Source of the DNA: the human T2T-CHM13v2.0 reference genome, Homo sapiens | Length of the DNA stretch: 64,000 bases | Assembly (NCBI RefSeq): GCF_009914755.1 | Contig: NC_060936.1 | Reading direction: 5' to 3' (one strand) | In this document: positions 18,279-31,639 of the stretch, one piece after another | How positions within the stretch are numbered: position 1 is the stretch's first letter | Layout: the number at the start of each line of letters is the position of its first letter | Program-made: the position numbers and the translations under genes | The notes under the pieces: model-generated | What the model was told of the DNA's origin: nothing | The model's database searches: none | What the model saw: only the letters and a program-made list of their open reading frames with translations

Positions 18279-18418
18279 GTAATAAACTTCCCTCCTCATT
18301 CCAGTTATAAAATTATAGCTACTCAACCATATCTCCTTGAGGGAATGAAAGGAGGATCTTAAAATTTTATAAGCATTTTCTCCTACATAATTATCTTAGG
18401 AATCTTTACCAAGGAATT

Positions 18419-18576
18419 TTTAATTCGCCAAATGATTATAATAAATTGGTGCTTTCACTGTTATCTGAACTCCCAAATGAAGCAGACTTTGCTGTTAATG
18501 TATGCAGTCTCCTGTCAAATGAAAGCAAGCACATCATGCAACTTGAAAATGATCCTAAAATCATCACTTTACTACT
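18419..18576 (+). pseudogene. Intronic partial duplicate (pseudo-exon) of ARID2 exon 5
   Basis: Ungapped alignment to 21329-21486 (offset 2910) with 9 mismatches in 158 nt. Confidence 0.95.
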
Positions 18577-19289
18577 AAATGTTTAAATATAATTAAAGGA
18601 TATTTCATAATTGTTATGTTTATCTTACTCTAATTGAAGATGTCTTTGACAGAGTCATTCTGGTAAGGATGTATTGAATGGAATATCTGTCATTTTACAG
18701 TAGGAAATAGCACAATTCTAAGATCATATTGAAAACATAAACTTTAGGACTGCGACAGATAAGGAATACGGGTTCCACATTTTTTTCTATTCAGATTTAC
18801 CTGAAAGCTATGTGGAATATAAAAATGTAAATTAATTATTGCTAAGACTTGGCTTATCATCAGTCCAGTTTACAGTGTAGAATATAAAAATCTGCTCCTA
18901 TATTCATAGAAGTTTCATTACTTTTTCTCCAGATATTTATTTTATGTTACTTATGAGAAATTTCATTTATAAGGATTATCAAAAATGAACAATATATTCT
19001 TATTGTCAAGCTTTAAATATTGTAAACAATCTGTGTCATAGCCATTAAAAACTGTGTTGTGGAATTTCTTCATTATGTTGGAGACACTGCTAGAATAGGT
19101 TAGAATTGAAGAGGTGTATCTCTTCAACTGTCTGCATTTGGAAATGAAATTCTTTACTTACATGATATTCTTCTGTGGTATGTTGTGACAGTAGATTTCT
19201 ACTTGCATCCTACTTAAAGAGATTGTGTGTGTGTGTGTGTGTGTGTTTTTAACTTTTAAAAATATTCAGATATTTCCGAAATATTCTTT

Positions 19290-19603
<314 letters not shown>

Positions 19604-19869
19604 TAAATTTTAGTTTTTTGCCTTTTCCCTTAAACTTGTGACAGCTTTATTTGAAAAAATGTACTTGTGATATTTGTCTCAGGACATAGTTGCCAAGGTC
19701 TAAACTGCCCCGTTAGGATTCAGTTATTTCTAAAAATACAACATTTTTTATATATGTGAATTATGATTATATAGTATCTTAGTGTTCTGTAAGCCCGTTT
19801 TATCCCATCTTCAAAGTTTTGTAAATGTTTTAAATTAATTCTCCTGTGGAAAATCTTAGTTGCTTTGGT

Positions 19870-20650
19870 TTAGGCACAAAAGCATGAACCATAAAAGTAA
19901 ATATTTGTAACTCAGACTTCATCAAAATTAAAATTTCTGTTTAAAGACACTTAAGAAAATGAAAAGATAAGCCACTAACAGGGAGAAAATATGTGCAAAG
20001 CAAATATGAAACAAAGGACTCATTTAGAGTATTTAGAACTGACAGTATTAAGTGCTGGCCAGGATGGAGAGCAATAGGAACTCTTTATATTGCTGATGGA
20101 AATGCAAGATGTTACAGCCACTTTGGAAAACAGTTTCACAGTTTGTTACAAAGTTAAGGATACACTTATGTGTGACTCAGCAATCCCACTTCTAGGTATT
20201 TATGCCAGAGAAATGAAAAAAATATGTCCCGACAAAATCCTGTCTATGTTTCTAGCGAGATTTATTAGTACTCACCAATAATTGGAAACAATCTAAACGT
20301 CCCTCAACTAGGGAATGGATAAACAAACTGTGTTTAGAAAGGTATGGACTACTGATGCACTTATCAACATGGATATGAATCTCAAGAGCATTTTGCTAAA
20401 TAAAAGAAACCAGACAACAAAAGACTATATTGTGTGATTCCACTTATTTGGCATTTTGAAATAAAATGATAGGAAAGTAAATTTGATTTGTAGTACCTAG
20501 TGGTAGGGGATGGAATTGAGCATGAGAAACTTTTTGTAGTGATAGAGATACTCTATATCTTGACTGTGATGATTAAAACTATACATCTGTCAAAACTTAG
20601 AATTGTAGAACTAAAATTAGCATGGGTTTTACTATGTTAATGATATTGCA
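19870..20650 (+). mobile_element. L1M (MB/MC) ORF2 end and 3' UTR fragment
   Basis: gacttcatcaaaattaaaat, cagccactttggaaaacagtt, cagcaatcccacttctaggtattta; ORF 20090..20281 is degenerate L1 ORF2 C-terminus. Confidence 0.8.
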
Positions 20651-20699
20651 GTAATTTGGAAGAAGTCCATTGAAATGCAATAGTAAGAAGTGTAGATTA

Positions 20700-20990
20700 G
20701 TCTGGGCACAGGGCTCATGCATGTAATGCAGCACTTTGGGAGGCCGCAGCCGGAGAATTGCATAAACTCGGTAGATTGAGACACCAGCCCGGGCAACATA
20801 GGGAGACCTCTCTCTACTAAAAATAAAATTAGTTGAGCATAGTGGAGCCTTCCTGTAGTCCTAGCTACTCAGGAGGCTGAGGTGGGAGGATCACTTGAGC
20901 TTGGGAGATTGAGGCTGCAGTGAGCTATGAAAGCGACATTGCACTCCATCCTGGGCAACAGAGCCAGACATGTCTCAGAAAATAAAAAAA
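20700..20990 (+). mobile_element. Alu (AluJ-like)
   Basis: Diverged sense Alu dimer. Confidence 0.88.
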
Positions 20991-21148
20991 GTGCAGCTAG
21001 GTCAATTAAAATACTGATTCAAAAATATTTTGGCAATGATGGCCAAATGGTATGTACATTTTGGTATTTTAATACCTTTTCAAGAATGTAATTTTAATTA
21101 GTAAACCTAAGAAGTTTTAAAAGTTGAACGTTTTGAACCTCTAATCAG

Positions 21149-21212
21149 TTTATATTTTATATATATATATATTTATATTATATTTTATATATATTATATA
21201 TATATATTTAAA
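21149..21212. repeat. 64-nt pure A/T (TA)n-like tract upstream of exon 5
   Basis: No G or C over the interval. Confidence 0.9.
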
Positions 21213-21256
21213 GCTGTGTTCTGTATTCAAGGGATATTCACCATAAAGGTATCTGA

Positions 21257-21520
<264 letters not shown>

Positions 21521-23349
21521 TAAGCTGAATGTATTATATAATTCTTCTGTAAAAGTTTTTTTTTTAAGGTTTTTAAGGAGAAAGTACTTTTTGTTTGTCA
21601 ACATAATAGCATTCTTTATTTTCTGTTTTTATATTATGCATTATTTAAGATAATGAATGTTTGGGGGGTTTTAACCTTAAATATTTGAATAGTAATTTTG
21701 TCTCAGTGTTTTTGAAGTAAAAGTCCTGGTTTTTAAGTTGGAGTAATATATAGATTTCCTGAGTTGAGACGATTGCTTGCTACAAGATTTTGACAAAGAA
21801 AACTAGGATCTGGAAGAAATTGTTTTCTGAAGTCTATTACTGCTAATGTGTGGCTATAATTTTTAACTAAAACATTTTAGGTCAATGCATTTGAAAATTT
21901 GTCTTCTAAATCATCAACGTAAGGCTTATCAAAGGCTTCATATCATTTTTACTTGTAGGGTTTGCTAGTTGTGGGTTTTGATAAATCAAATTCTTCATCT
22001 CTTCTGAAATTACATATTAAGGCTAGATTATCACACAGAGCAAATTACTCAGTTTTCTCTTGCAGTTTAATAAAGATTTAGAAATAATATTTTGAAATCT
22101 TTCCCTGCTCAGTTTTTCTTTTGTAAAATATCTGTGTTAGCTGAAGTTATTGGTATAAAGTTATTTCTTGCTTTCCGACTCTCCCCAACTCCAACCCCAT
22201 TTTTTGCCAGAAGTATATCCTATTCAAGAATAAGGTATTGACATACATCAAAAGTATTTTATCTTTTAGGAAATTATATATATAGCACAGTAGCAGAGTC
22301 TTTGAGAGAACTTGTTATAACATTTTATGACTTTTTGTTTTTATCTTTAGTGAGATGTTTGCAAAAGAATTTATTTCTCTGCAATTTGATTTGGGTCAAG
22401 TAGTGTTTTATTTGGGATTATTTAGGTAGGATTCTTTGAAATTTGGCACATATTTTATATTGAAAATGATTTTGAAATTAAATAAAAGTAAAAATTAGTT
22501 TCTTAACTTGCCCAAAACTATTCTTGATTACATGGATGGGGATGTGGGAAGAAAGATGGTTAGTTCTCAGTTTCTGTCATAACTTTGAAGATATAAATTT
22601 GATGGCTTTTCACATCACTTTTATATTCTTTGATTTCCGTTATTCTATTTTGATCTTCCAAATACAACTTTCAGCATTTATTGTAGAATGGAGTTGAAAA
22701 TTGTTTCACATTTTTTAGAAACCTTAAAATGAAGCCTTTGAAAAGAATGTATATTTTCAAACCAGAATAATTTTAAGTCTTAACATTTAATCTTTGAATA
22801 GGATTACATGTAAATAATTTAAGTTGGGTATATGATAGAAGTAATCTTACCAGTTTGGGTGCTCTAAGACAAGACCTTGTTTAGACCTAATTTATCTTCA
22901 TGCATTCTTCAGGCATTTTGTTTGTTTAAAAGACTAAATTATTGTGTAGTATAATAATGCAAAACCGCATTAATTTAGCAAGTGCCATTTGGGTATAGTT
23001 TCTATCATTTGAAGTCACAGAAAGTTTAGTTCCACAGTACATAGGGACTTTATGAAGACCTTATATTTAAAACAATAGTTTTATATGACAAAAATAATTC
23101 CTTTGGAGTTTGAAGGTTGTAGACATATTTTATTTGGTTAGACTTTGAGAGGCTTCAATTTGATTTTTAGGGCATGAGATTTTAATTGAGAGAGAAATAT
23201 AGATGCCACTTCTTTTAGAAAGTAGAATATTTACATATTTTGTGTGTTTGAAGAAGTATAATAAAAATTCTATGTGACAAGAAATTTCATTTTTCAATTT
23301 TATATTTCTGCCCTATATTGTTTTCCCAGGGATGTTATTTGCTTGGTGG

Positions 23350-23667
23350 GTTTTTTGTTTGTTTTTTTGGGTTTTTTTTTTTTAAGAGACAGAACCTTGC
23401 TCTGTCCCCTAGGCTGGAATGCAGTGATGCAATCTTGGCTCACTGCAACCTCCGCCTCCAAGGTTCAAGTGAGTCTCGTGCCTTAGCCTCCCAAGTAGCT
23501 AGGACTACGAGTGAGCACCACCACACCTGGCTAATTTTTATATTTTTAGTAGAGACAGGGTTTCCTCATGTTGGCCAGGCCAATCTCAAACTCCTGTCCT
23601 CAAGTGATCTGCCCGCCTCGGCCTCCCAGAGTGCTGGGATTACAGGTGTGAGCCACCATGCCCGGCC
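23350..23667 (-). mobile_element. Alu (AluS/J)
   Basis: Antisense Alu dimer. Confidence 0.92.
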
Positions 23668-25015
23668 CCTAGGGAAGTTTTTTATAAGGATTTTTCAGGA
23701 CAAAGAAAACTTTGTCTGTCTTTAGTGGTGTGTGGGCTTCATTTTGCTGGTTAAGCTGCTACTTATGTATAAATTTGATATTTTATGAAATGCTTTTTGA
23801 GGTCACTGTAGTTAATTTGTTTATTCAAAACATTTACATCTGTTCTTTATATTATTTCCTCACGACCCTAAGGTCAGTAGTAAAATCATTAGTAAATATA
23901 ATTTATGTTTAAAATGTTGCTGTTTCTCACCCTTTTAAATATTTTGTAAGATGAAAATTCTTATTCTAGCCAGAGTACTTTACAAACTTTATTTTACTCA
24001 ATTTTAACTAAATATTAGGTTCATACTTAAAAGGTAATAAGACTGCCAAGAGTCCATAAATCTCTTATGAGAGAAAACATACCCACTTGTTATGCTTGTC
24101 ATAACACGTCCAATAAGGAAGCTTAAGATTTTGTTTTTTTAAAGATTAACGTTCATAACAGCTAGTTTTTCTGTTAACAGTTGTCATTATATAATTTTCT
24201 TTTGGTTTCTAAAAGCAGTAACTTTCATTACGGAGCTAATGTGATAGTTGATAAAGGATTCACTTAATTTTTAAGGGGAAAAATACATTGTATCACAGCT
24301 TAGACATTTGAATCATACTGCTTTATAGTCTGATCCCATATTGACAATTCGAGCTAGCAGCATGAAGGAGAAAAAATAACACAGGATGTACTTATCTATG
24401 TGCCTTAAGTTTTTTGGTGGGGAAGTGAGGGCCACATGTGGATGAGAGACAGAGCGTTATTAAGAAGAAGCTTACGAAAACAGATGGTTTGACTTTTCAA
24501 AAGTCATAAAGTTGTTGATAAAGCAACTTTATCGAGAAACACAAGCGTGATGTAGGCCTCAGAATTTTCCTTAAAGGAGATTTATGGGAATTGTGGGAAT
24601 TATTTCCATGGAGTGCCTTGCTCTCTATGTTTTTTGAAGTGTGAATTATGCAAGTATTTCTGAAATTAATATGAAGATTTTAAATGATAACCTGGAAATT
24701 TAATAGCAATAACCTCAGTTTGCTTTTTTAAGATTTTTCTTCTGTATAAATGAAAGCCAGTGTGGAGTAACTCTTAAGTACTCTTCACTTCTTTATTATC
24801 TGTATAATTATTATGAAAAAGAGTCTATATTATTAATTTGTAGGAACACAAATTTTCTTTAAATCTAAAAACAATGTATTTCAAAAGAAATTATCATGAC
24901 TATCATTTACTATAAAATAATTTTTAGTACACAAGATATATTAAGATGTAGTTTTGTTGTTTTTCCAAGCCTATTATTAAATAATTAATTGAAAGAATTT
25001 ATTACATTTTATTGA

Positions 25016-25126
<111 letters not shown>

Positions 25127-25842
25127 TAAAATGTTGATTCATTGAGTTACATGCAGCTAAGCCAACAATAGATCAGTGGTTGCTTATTTAATATACATAA
25201 TACTACCTATACTTTTATCTTTACCTAATACATATGCCATACACAACGATTTTAAAGTTGTGATTGAGTTGAGTGAAAAATCTTTTAGAATACCCACGAA
25301 CAGACATAAAATTTTCATTGATTTCTGTGAATAGTAACAACAATAGCAGTAAACAATTGAATGACCCTCTTCTCAACTGGGATTCTGAGAATGGGTTTCA
25401 GGAAGTTTTCGTTTTTATGTGTGTTCTGAAACTATGCAATTCAGAAAGGAATGAAGGGCCAGACCTGCCATCAAATCCTCAAAAAGAATAGGTGTAAAAG
25501 ATTAGTAAGTGTCCATCTAGAGGAAAATTTCTGGGAATATATTTCTGAAACAAAATATAGTTGTGAATTTCAAGTGAGAAACTACAAAAAGACTTGAACA
25601 AATTGTTTTCTCACTTAACACTTGTCTAACTTTGCTGGCTTTCAAGGAAATATAGGATGCTTCTTTTATTTACTCTCCAAGGGTACATTTTATAGTATTA
25701 CTATTAATAGAACATTATTGTTTAAACACCTTTTCTTTAAAACTCATGAGATACATTCAAGTATGATTACTCTTCATTCTTGCTGCAACTTCAGCTAAAA
25801 TTTCTAAATCTATCCACTTTGTTTCTTAAAAGTAGCTCTCTT

Positions 25843-26205
25843 GGGCTGGGTGTGGTGTCTCACACCTGTAATCCCAGCACCTTAGGAGGCTGAGGTGGGA
25901 AAATCGCTTGAAGCTAGGAGTTCAAGACAAGCCTGAGCAACAAAGCAAGACCCCATCCCTACAAAAAAAAGTATATATTTTTTACTTCATTATACAAAAA
26001 TATTAAAGAATTAGCTGGGCGTGGTTGTGTGCGCCTGTAGTCCCAGCTACTAGGGAGGTTGAGGTGGGAGGATTGCTTGCTTGAGCCTGGGAATTTGAGG
26101 CTGCAGTGAGCTATAATTGTGCCACTGCACTCTAGTCTGGGTGACAGAGCAAGACCTGTCTCTAAAATCAACCGATAAATCAATAAAAATAAATAAAAAA
26201 TAAAA
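25843..26205 (+). mobile_element. Alu (AluJ-like) with expanded middle A-rich linker
   Basis: Sense Alu; about 40 extra A/T nt between the monomers. Confidence 0.9.
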
Positions 26206-26315
26206 TGATAGCATGGTGTTTTAGGGAACTACTTTATTTTTTATTTTCATTTATTTAATGGTGTTTGATTAATCACTTAAATATTAAAAATCAGTTGTAA
26301 AAATTTTGATATTGT

Positions 26316-29010
26316 CCAGACAAAATAGACTAAGTCACAGAACAAAAAGAGACAAAAAAGGTAATTATATAATGAAACAAGGGATCAATACAGCAAAAGG
26401 ATGTATGTAACAATCATATATGCACTCAACACTGGAGGCCCCAGATGTATAAAGCAAATATTAGTAGAGCTAAAAAGAGACCCCAATACAATTATAGTTC
26501 GGGACTTTACTCACTTTCAGCATTGGACAGATCATCTAGATAGAAAATCAGTAAAGAAACATCAGACTTAATCTGCACTATAGACCAAATGGACCTAATA
26601 GACATTTATAGACTATTTTATCCAACAACTGTAGAATATACATTCTTCTCATCAGCACATGGAACAGTCTCTGGGATAGACCATATCGTATGCCACAATA
26701 CAATCTCAACAAATGTTTAAAAATTGAAATAGTATCAAGTGTCTTCTTATATCGCAATGGAATAAAAGTAGAAATCAATAATAAGAGGAACTTTGGAAAC
26801 TGTACAGATGTTAATACAAGAAAATTAACGTGCTCCTGAATGACTATTGGGCATCAAGGAAGAAGTTAAGAAGGAAATTTAAAATGGAAACACAATATGC
26901 CAAAACCCATTGGATACAGCAGAAGCAGTCCTAAGAGGGAAGCTTATAGCAATATATGCCTACATCAAAAAAGTAGAAAGATTTCAAATAAACAACCTAA
27001 TGATACACCTTAAGGAACTAGAAAAGCAAACCAAACCAAACCCAAAATTAGTAGAGGAAAGAAATTCTAAAGATCAGACCAGAACTAATTGAAATGGAGA
27101 CGAAAAAGACAAAGGATCAACAAAACAAAAAGTTGTTTTTTGATAAGATAAACAAAATTGAGAAACCACTAGCTAGAATAGCTAAGAAAAAAGAGAGAAG
27201 ACTCAAATAAAGTCAGAAACATAAAAGGAGACATTACAGCTGATACTACAGAAATATAAAGGATCATTAGAGACTATGCTGAAATATTATGCTAATGAAT
27301 TGGAAAACCTAGAAAAAATGGATAAATACTTGGACACATACAACCCATCAAGATTGAACCAGGAAGTAATGGCCTCACCAGACCAATAAAGAGTAACAAG
27401 ATTGAATCAGTAATAAAAAGTTTCTCAATGAAGAAAAGCCCAGGACCGGATGGCTTATGGCTGAATTCTTCCAAACTTATAAAGAAGAACCAACACCAGT
27501 TCTTCTCTAACTATTCCAAAAATCTGAAGGGGAGAGAACTCTCCTTAACTCATTCTTTGAGGCCAATACTACTCTGATACCAAAACCAGGCAAGTACACA
27601 ACAGAAAAAGAAAACTGGAGGTCAGTATCTGTGACGAACATAGATGCAAAAGTCCTCAACAAAATGCTAGCAAACCAAATCCAACAACATATCAAAAAGA
27701 CAGTGCACCATCATTAAGCTGGATTTATCCCAGGGATGTAAGGATGCAAATCAATAAATGTGATACATCACATCAACAGAATGAAGGACAAAAATATGAT
27801 CATCTCAGTTGTAGATTTGTCATACGTGGCTTTTATTGTTTTGAGGTATGTTTCTTCTATGCCTAATTTCTTGAAAATTTTTATCAAGAAGAAATGTTAA
27901 ATTTTATCAAATGCTTTTTTTGCATCTTTTGAGATAATCATCATACCAAATAGGGGAAAAACTGAAAGCTTTTCCTTGAAAAACTGAAATAAGATGAGGA
28001 CACTCACTTGCACCACTCTCATTCAACATTGTATTGGAAGTCCTAGCCAAAGGAATCAAGCAAGAGAAAGGAATAAAACTTCAGTAAAGTTGCAGGATAC
28101 ATTTCTTAAAAAAAAGACTTACAAATGGCCAAAATATATATGAAAAATTGCTCAACATCACTAATCATCAGGAAAATGTAAATGAGAACCACAATGAGAT
28201 ATCATCTCACCCCAGTTAGAATGGCTGTTGTCAGAAAGGCAGCAAAATAACAAATGCTGGTAATAATGTGGATAAAAGGGAACTCATACACTGTTGATGG
28301 GAAAGTAAGTAATATAGCCATTATGGAAAACGGTATCCCACTACTGGGTATTTATCCAAAGGAGAGGAAATAGTATATCAAAGGAATACCTGTGCCGTCA
28401 ATGTGCATTGCAGCATTATTCACAATAGCCAAGATATGAAATTGACTGAAGTATCCAGTAACAGGTGAATGAATAAAGTTATATATATACATATATATAT
28501 ATATATGTATATATAAAATGAAATACTATTCAGCCCTAAAAGGAATGAAAATGTGCTATTTTTGTAGCAATGTGGTTGGAACTGGAGGTCATTATGTTCA
28601 ATGAAAACCTAGGCACAGAGTGAGAAATATTTCATGTTCTCACTCGTATGTGGGAGCCAAACTTGTTGATATTTTGGAGGTAGAGTAGATTGGTGGTTAC
28701 CAGAGGCTAGGAAGGGTCAGAGGGTGATGTACAAAGAGAGGTTGGTTAATGAGTACAAATACCTAGTTAGAAAGAATAAATAATAAATTCTAGTGTTTTA
28801 TAGGACAGTAGCATGACTATAGTTATCAATAGTTTATATTTCAAAATAGTAAGAAGAGAAGATTTGAAATGCTCCCAACACAAAGAAATGATAAATATAT
28901 GAGGTGATGCATATCCCAAATACCATTATTTGATTATTACACATTGTATGCATGTATTAAAATATCACAGGTACCCCATAAGTACATACAGTTGTTATAT
29001 GTCCATAAAA
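26316..29010 (+). mobile_element. 5'-truncated, internally deleted L1MA-type LINE-1 (ORF2 EN/RT fragments plus 3' UTR)
   Basis: ORF2-like peptide DTAEAVLRGKLIAIYAYIKK; 3' UTR tcccaacacaaagaaatgataaat...gtaccccataa; many stops and frameshifts. Confidence 0.92.
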
Positions 29011-29255
29011 TTTGTTATTGAGCTATCTTGCAAATTTGTATTAAAAGGGAGTCATTTTAGGAAATGGTAACTGTTAAGTAGATTTTTCTAGTGGCATTTT
29101 AGCTTTTCTTTATTGCTAGTCTTTAGGTTTAACTAACAAAAACTGCTAATGATAAGCTTCAACTAATCAAAAACTTTATTCTTTAGCAGTCTATTTTAAG
29201 TATTATAAATTGTCTTTAATGCATCAAGACTTACTTGACAATTTTAGAGGACAAG

Positions 29256-29503
29256 TTAGGAGGATTGGTTGAGCCCAAGAGTTCAAGACTAGCCTGGGCA
29301 ATATAATGAGACCTCGTCTCTACAAAGAAAAAAAATAATTAGTTGGGCATCGTGGTGCATGATTGTAGTTCCAGCTACTTGGGAGGCTGAGGCAGAAGGA
29401 TTGCTTGAGCTCTGGAGTTAGACACTGTAGTGAGCTATGATTGTACCACTGCACTCCACCATGAGTAACAGAGTGAGACCCTGTCTTTAAGGGGAAAAAA
29501 AAA
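29256..29503 (+). mobile_element. Alu (AluJ-like), 5' truncated
   Basis: Starts at ggaggattggttgagcccaagagttcaag. Confidence 0.88.
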
Positions 29504-30035
29504 AGACTTTCTGGAAACTTTCATGTAGATCAGTATGATTTATTGAATTTTTTGTAGATTTTAGATGTTTAAATAGTTAGAAAATCCTTACAGGCTTGGT
29601 TTCTAACGTATATTCCCACTAGGGCATTTTTCTTTTATAATGGAACTTTTTCTTTACCTAAGAAGAGATAAAATTAAAGAGTTATAGTTAGGCATTTAGC
29701 ATCAATGGCTTATATAAAAATAATTTTATATTAAGTATTAGTTGTCATGTAGATTTGTTTTTCTATCATAAACATATTTTTACTTGAATTAAAAGTTAAT
29801 ATAGACTATATATTAAACACTTTACGTAGTTCTCTTTATCATTTTTCTGTTTACACAGTTTTTTTACAAAACAGTTCCACTGTAAAGTATTTCAACAAAT
29901 AGGAACCTATAATGTCTCTTCAGAGATGTATACATGAATTTTATTTTAACGAGCTGGTAATATTTGAATTAATAGTTAAATAGTGGGAAAAGAGAGAGAG
30001 AGAGAAATGTTTTCCTGGTTTTACAGAGGTTAGTC

Positions 30036-30343
30036 TTTATTTTTTATTTATTTATTTTTCTTTGAGACAGTCTTACTCTTATCACCCAGGCTAGAGTCCA
30101 GTGGTGCCATTGTAGTTCATTGCAATGTCCTCGGCCCAAGGGATCCTCCTGCCTCAGGCTCCCAAGTAGCTAAGATTACAGACTCCTGCCACCATGCTTG
30201 GCTAACTTATTTTTTATTTTTTTGTAGAGATAGAGTCTTGATATGTTCCTCAAGGTAGTCTCAAACTCCTGTTCTCAAGCAGTCCTCCTGCCTCGGCCTC
30301 CCAGAGTGCTGGGATTATAAGCATGAACCACCCTGTCTGCTCC
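30036..30343 (-). mobile_element. Alu (AluJ-like)
   Basis: Diverged antisense Alu. Confidence 0.88.
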
Positions 30344-31043
30344 CTTATAGAAGTAATTGATGCATGCTGTGGAAAAGCTAGAATTTACAGCAAAGGGCAG
30401 ATATTAAAACCATTATTAATCACACCCATTCAGAAATAAACACCATTAATATCCTTATATACATCTATCGAGTCTTTTCTATGCATATTATTTAAAGCAA
30501 AAGTTTTATTCAGAATTTAATTTGTAACCTGTTCTTTTCACTTATTACAATGTTAGATTTTCTTCTCATCCTTAATGTTTAGTATTTTAATGGCTACTTC
30601 ATTCATATTACACATTTCATAATTCATGTAAATAATCCATATTTTCAGAAATTTAGATTGTTTCCATTTCTTCTTATTATCAACCTACCTGGGATGTACG
30701 TACTCACATCCAGGCCCACAAGTATAAAAAACGTTTTTTCTTAAGTTAACTCCAAGACAAATTTGCAAGTCAAAGAGTATACTAGATCCTTCACAAGAAG
30801 TATACCATCTTAACTGAATTTTGTGGTAAAGTTACACTTTTCATATTGTTATCCAGAATTAAGTTTGTAGCCCAAAATAGCTAGGCCTATTGCTACATAA
30901 AATATTGTATAATTAGTTAAAATGTTTATGACATTTATCTGATAATATCTGATAAGAATTATCGGATTAATAGCTTTAAGTCACCTTATTTCAGAGAAAA
31001 AAATACTTGAACTAATTTATTTGGTAAAATATTTTGTACATTA

Positions 31044-31470
31044 ATTCATTTATTTAAAAAATATTTACTATTTTCTGTGTGCCAATACTTTTCCAGACAC
31101 TGGGAAAACAAGGTCTCCCCTCTCAGCAAATTTCCATTCTATGATAGGAAAACAGACAATAAAAGTAAACAATGTTATTTGAGGCTTTTGCAAGTATTGT
31201 GAAGAAAATAAAGCAAGACAATGTGATAGAGAGTTATAAGACATGTGAGTGTATGGTAACGTTAGATAATATGACCAGAAAGGCTTCCCTCAGGAGGTAA
31301 TATCTGATGATTTTTAGTAGGTTTGAATGATAATAGGTGACCAGCACTGCAGAGGAAGAGTCTTTCTGACAGAGGGAATAGCAAATGCAAATGTTCTGAG
31401 GTAAGAACAAATTTAGTTTGAGGTATAGAAAGTATGCTTATGTGCAGGACCATGGTAAACAAAAGGAAAA
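31044..31470 (-). mobile_element. L2 fragment
   Basis: attcattatttaaaaaatattta...gtgcca...cagagggaatagcaaatgcaaa matches antisense L2. Confidence 0.65.
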
Positions 31471-31639
31471 GTAGTAGCAGACAAATGTGCCTGTTTCAGC
31501 TGTGAATATGCAGTTAACAGAAAATTTTAATTAATGACAAAAGATATGTTAATCGTATTATTATATGTATTAAAACTAAGCTTCAGGATGCATTGACTTT
31601 GTAATTTAATATATTATCTTTTTTGGACTCCTATAAGTA

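Noticed and set aside
18618-18633. 16-mer GTTTATCTTACTCTAA shared with ~14874-14889
   Set aside because: A few 15-16-mer matches are expected by chance in 64 kb of AT-rich DNA, and the match does not extend.
23318-23725. 135-aa ORF and similar ORFs (3435, 4747, 5627, 14644, 38056, 61363 and others)
   Set aside because: Translations of Alu sequence ([18 protein letters not shown]); not genes.
26578-27695. ORFs resembling endonuclease/reverse transcriptase fragments
   Set aside because: Degenerate L1 ORF2 with many stops and frameshifts; not an active element or a novel RT system.
28482-28515. 34-bp perfect AT palindrome
   Set aside because: (TA)n expansion at a site in L1 that commonly spawns such repeats; self-complementarity is trivial.
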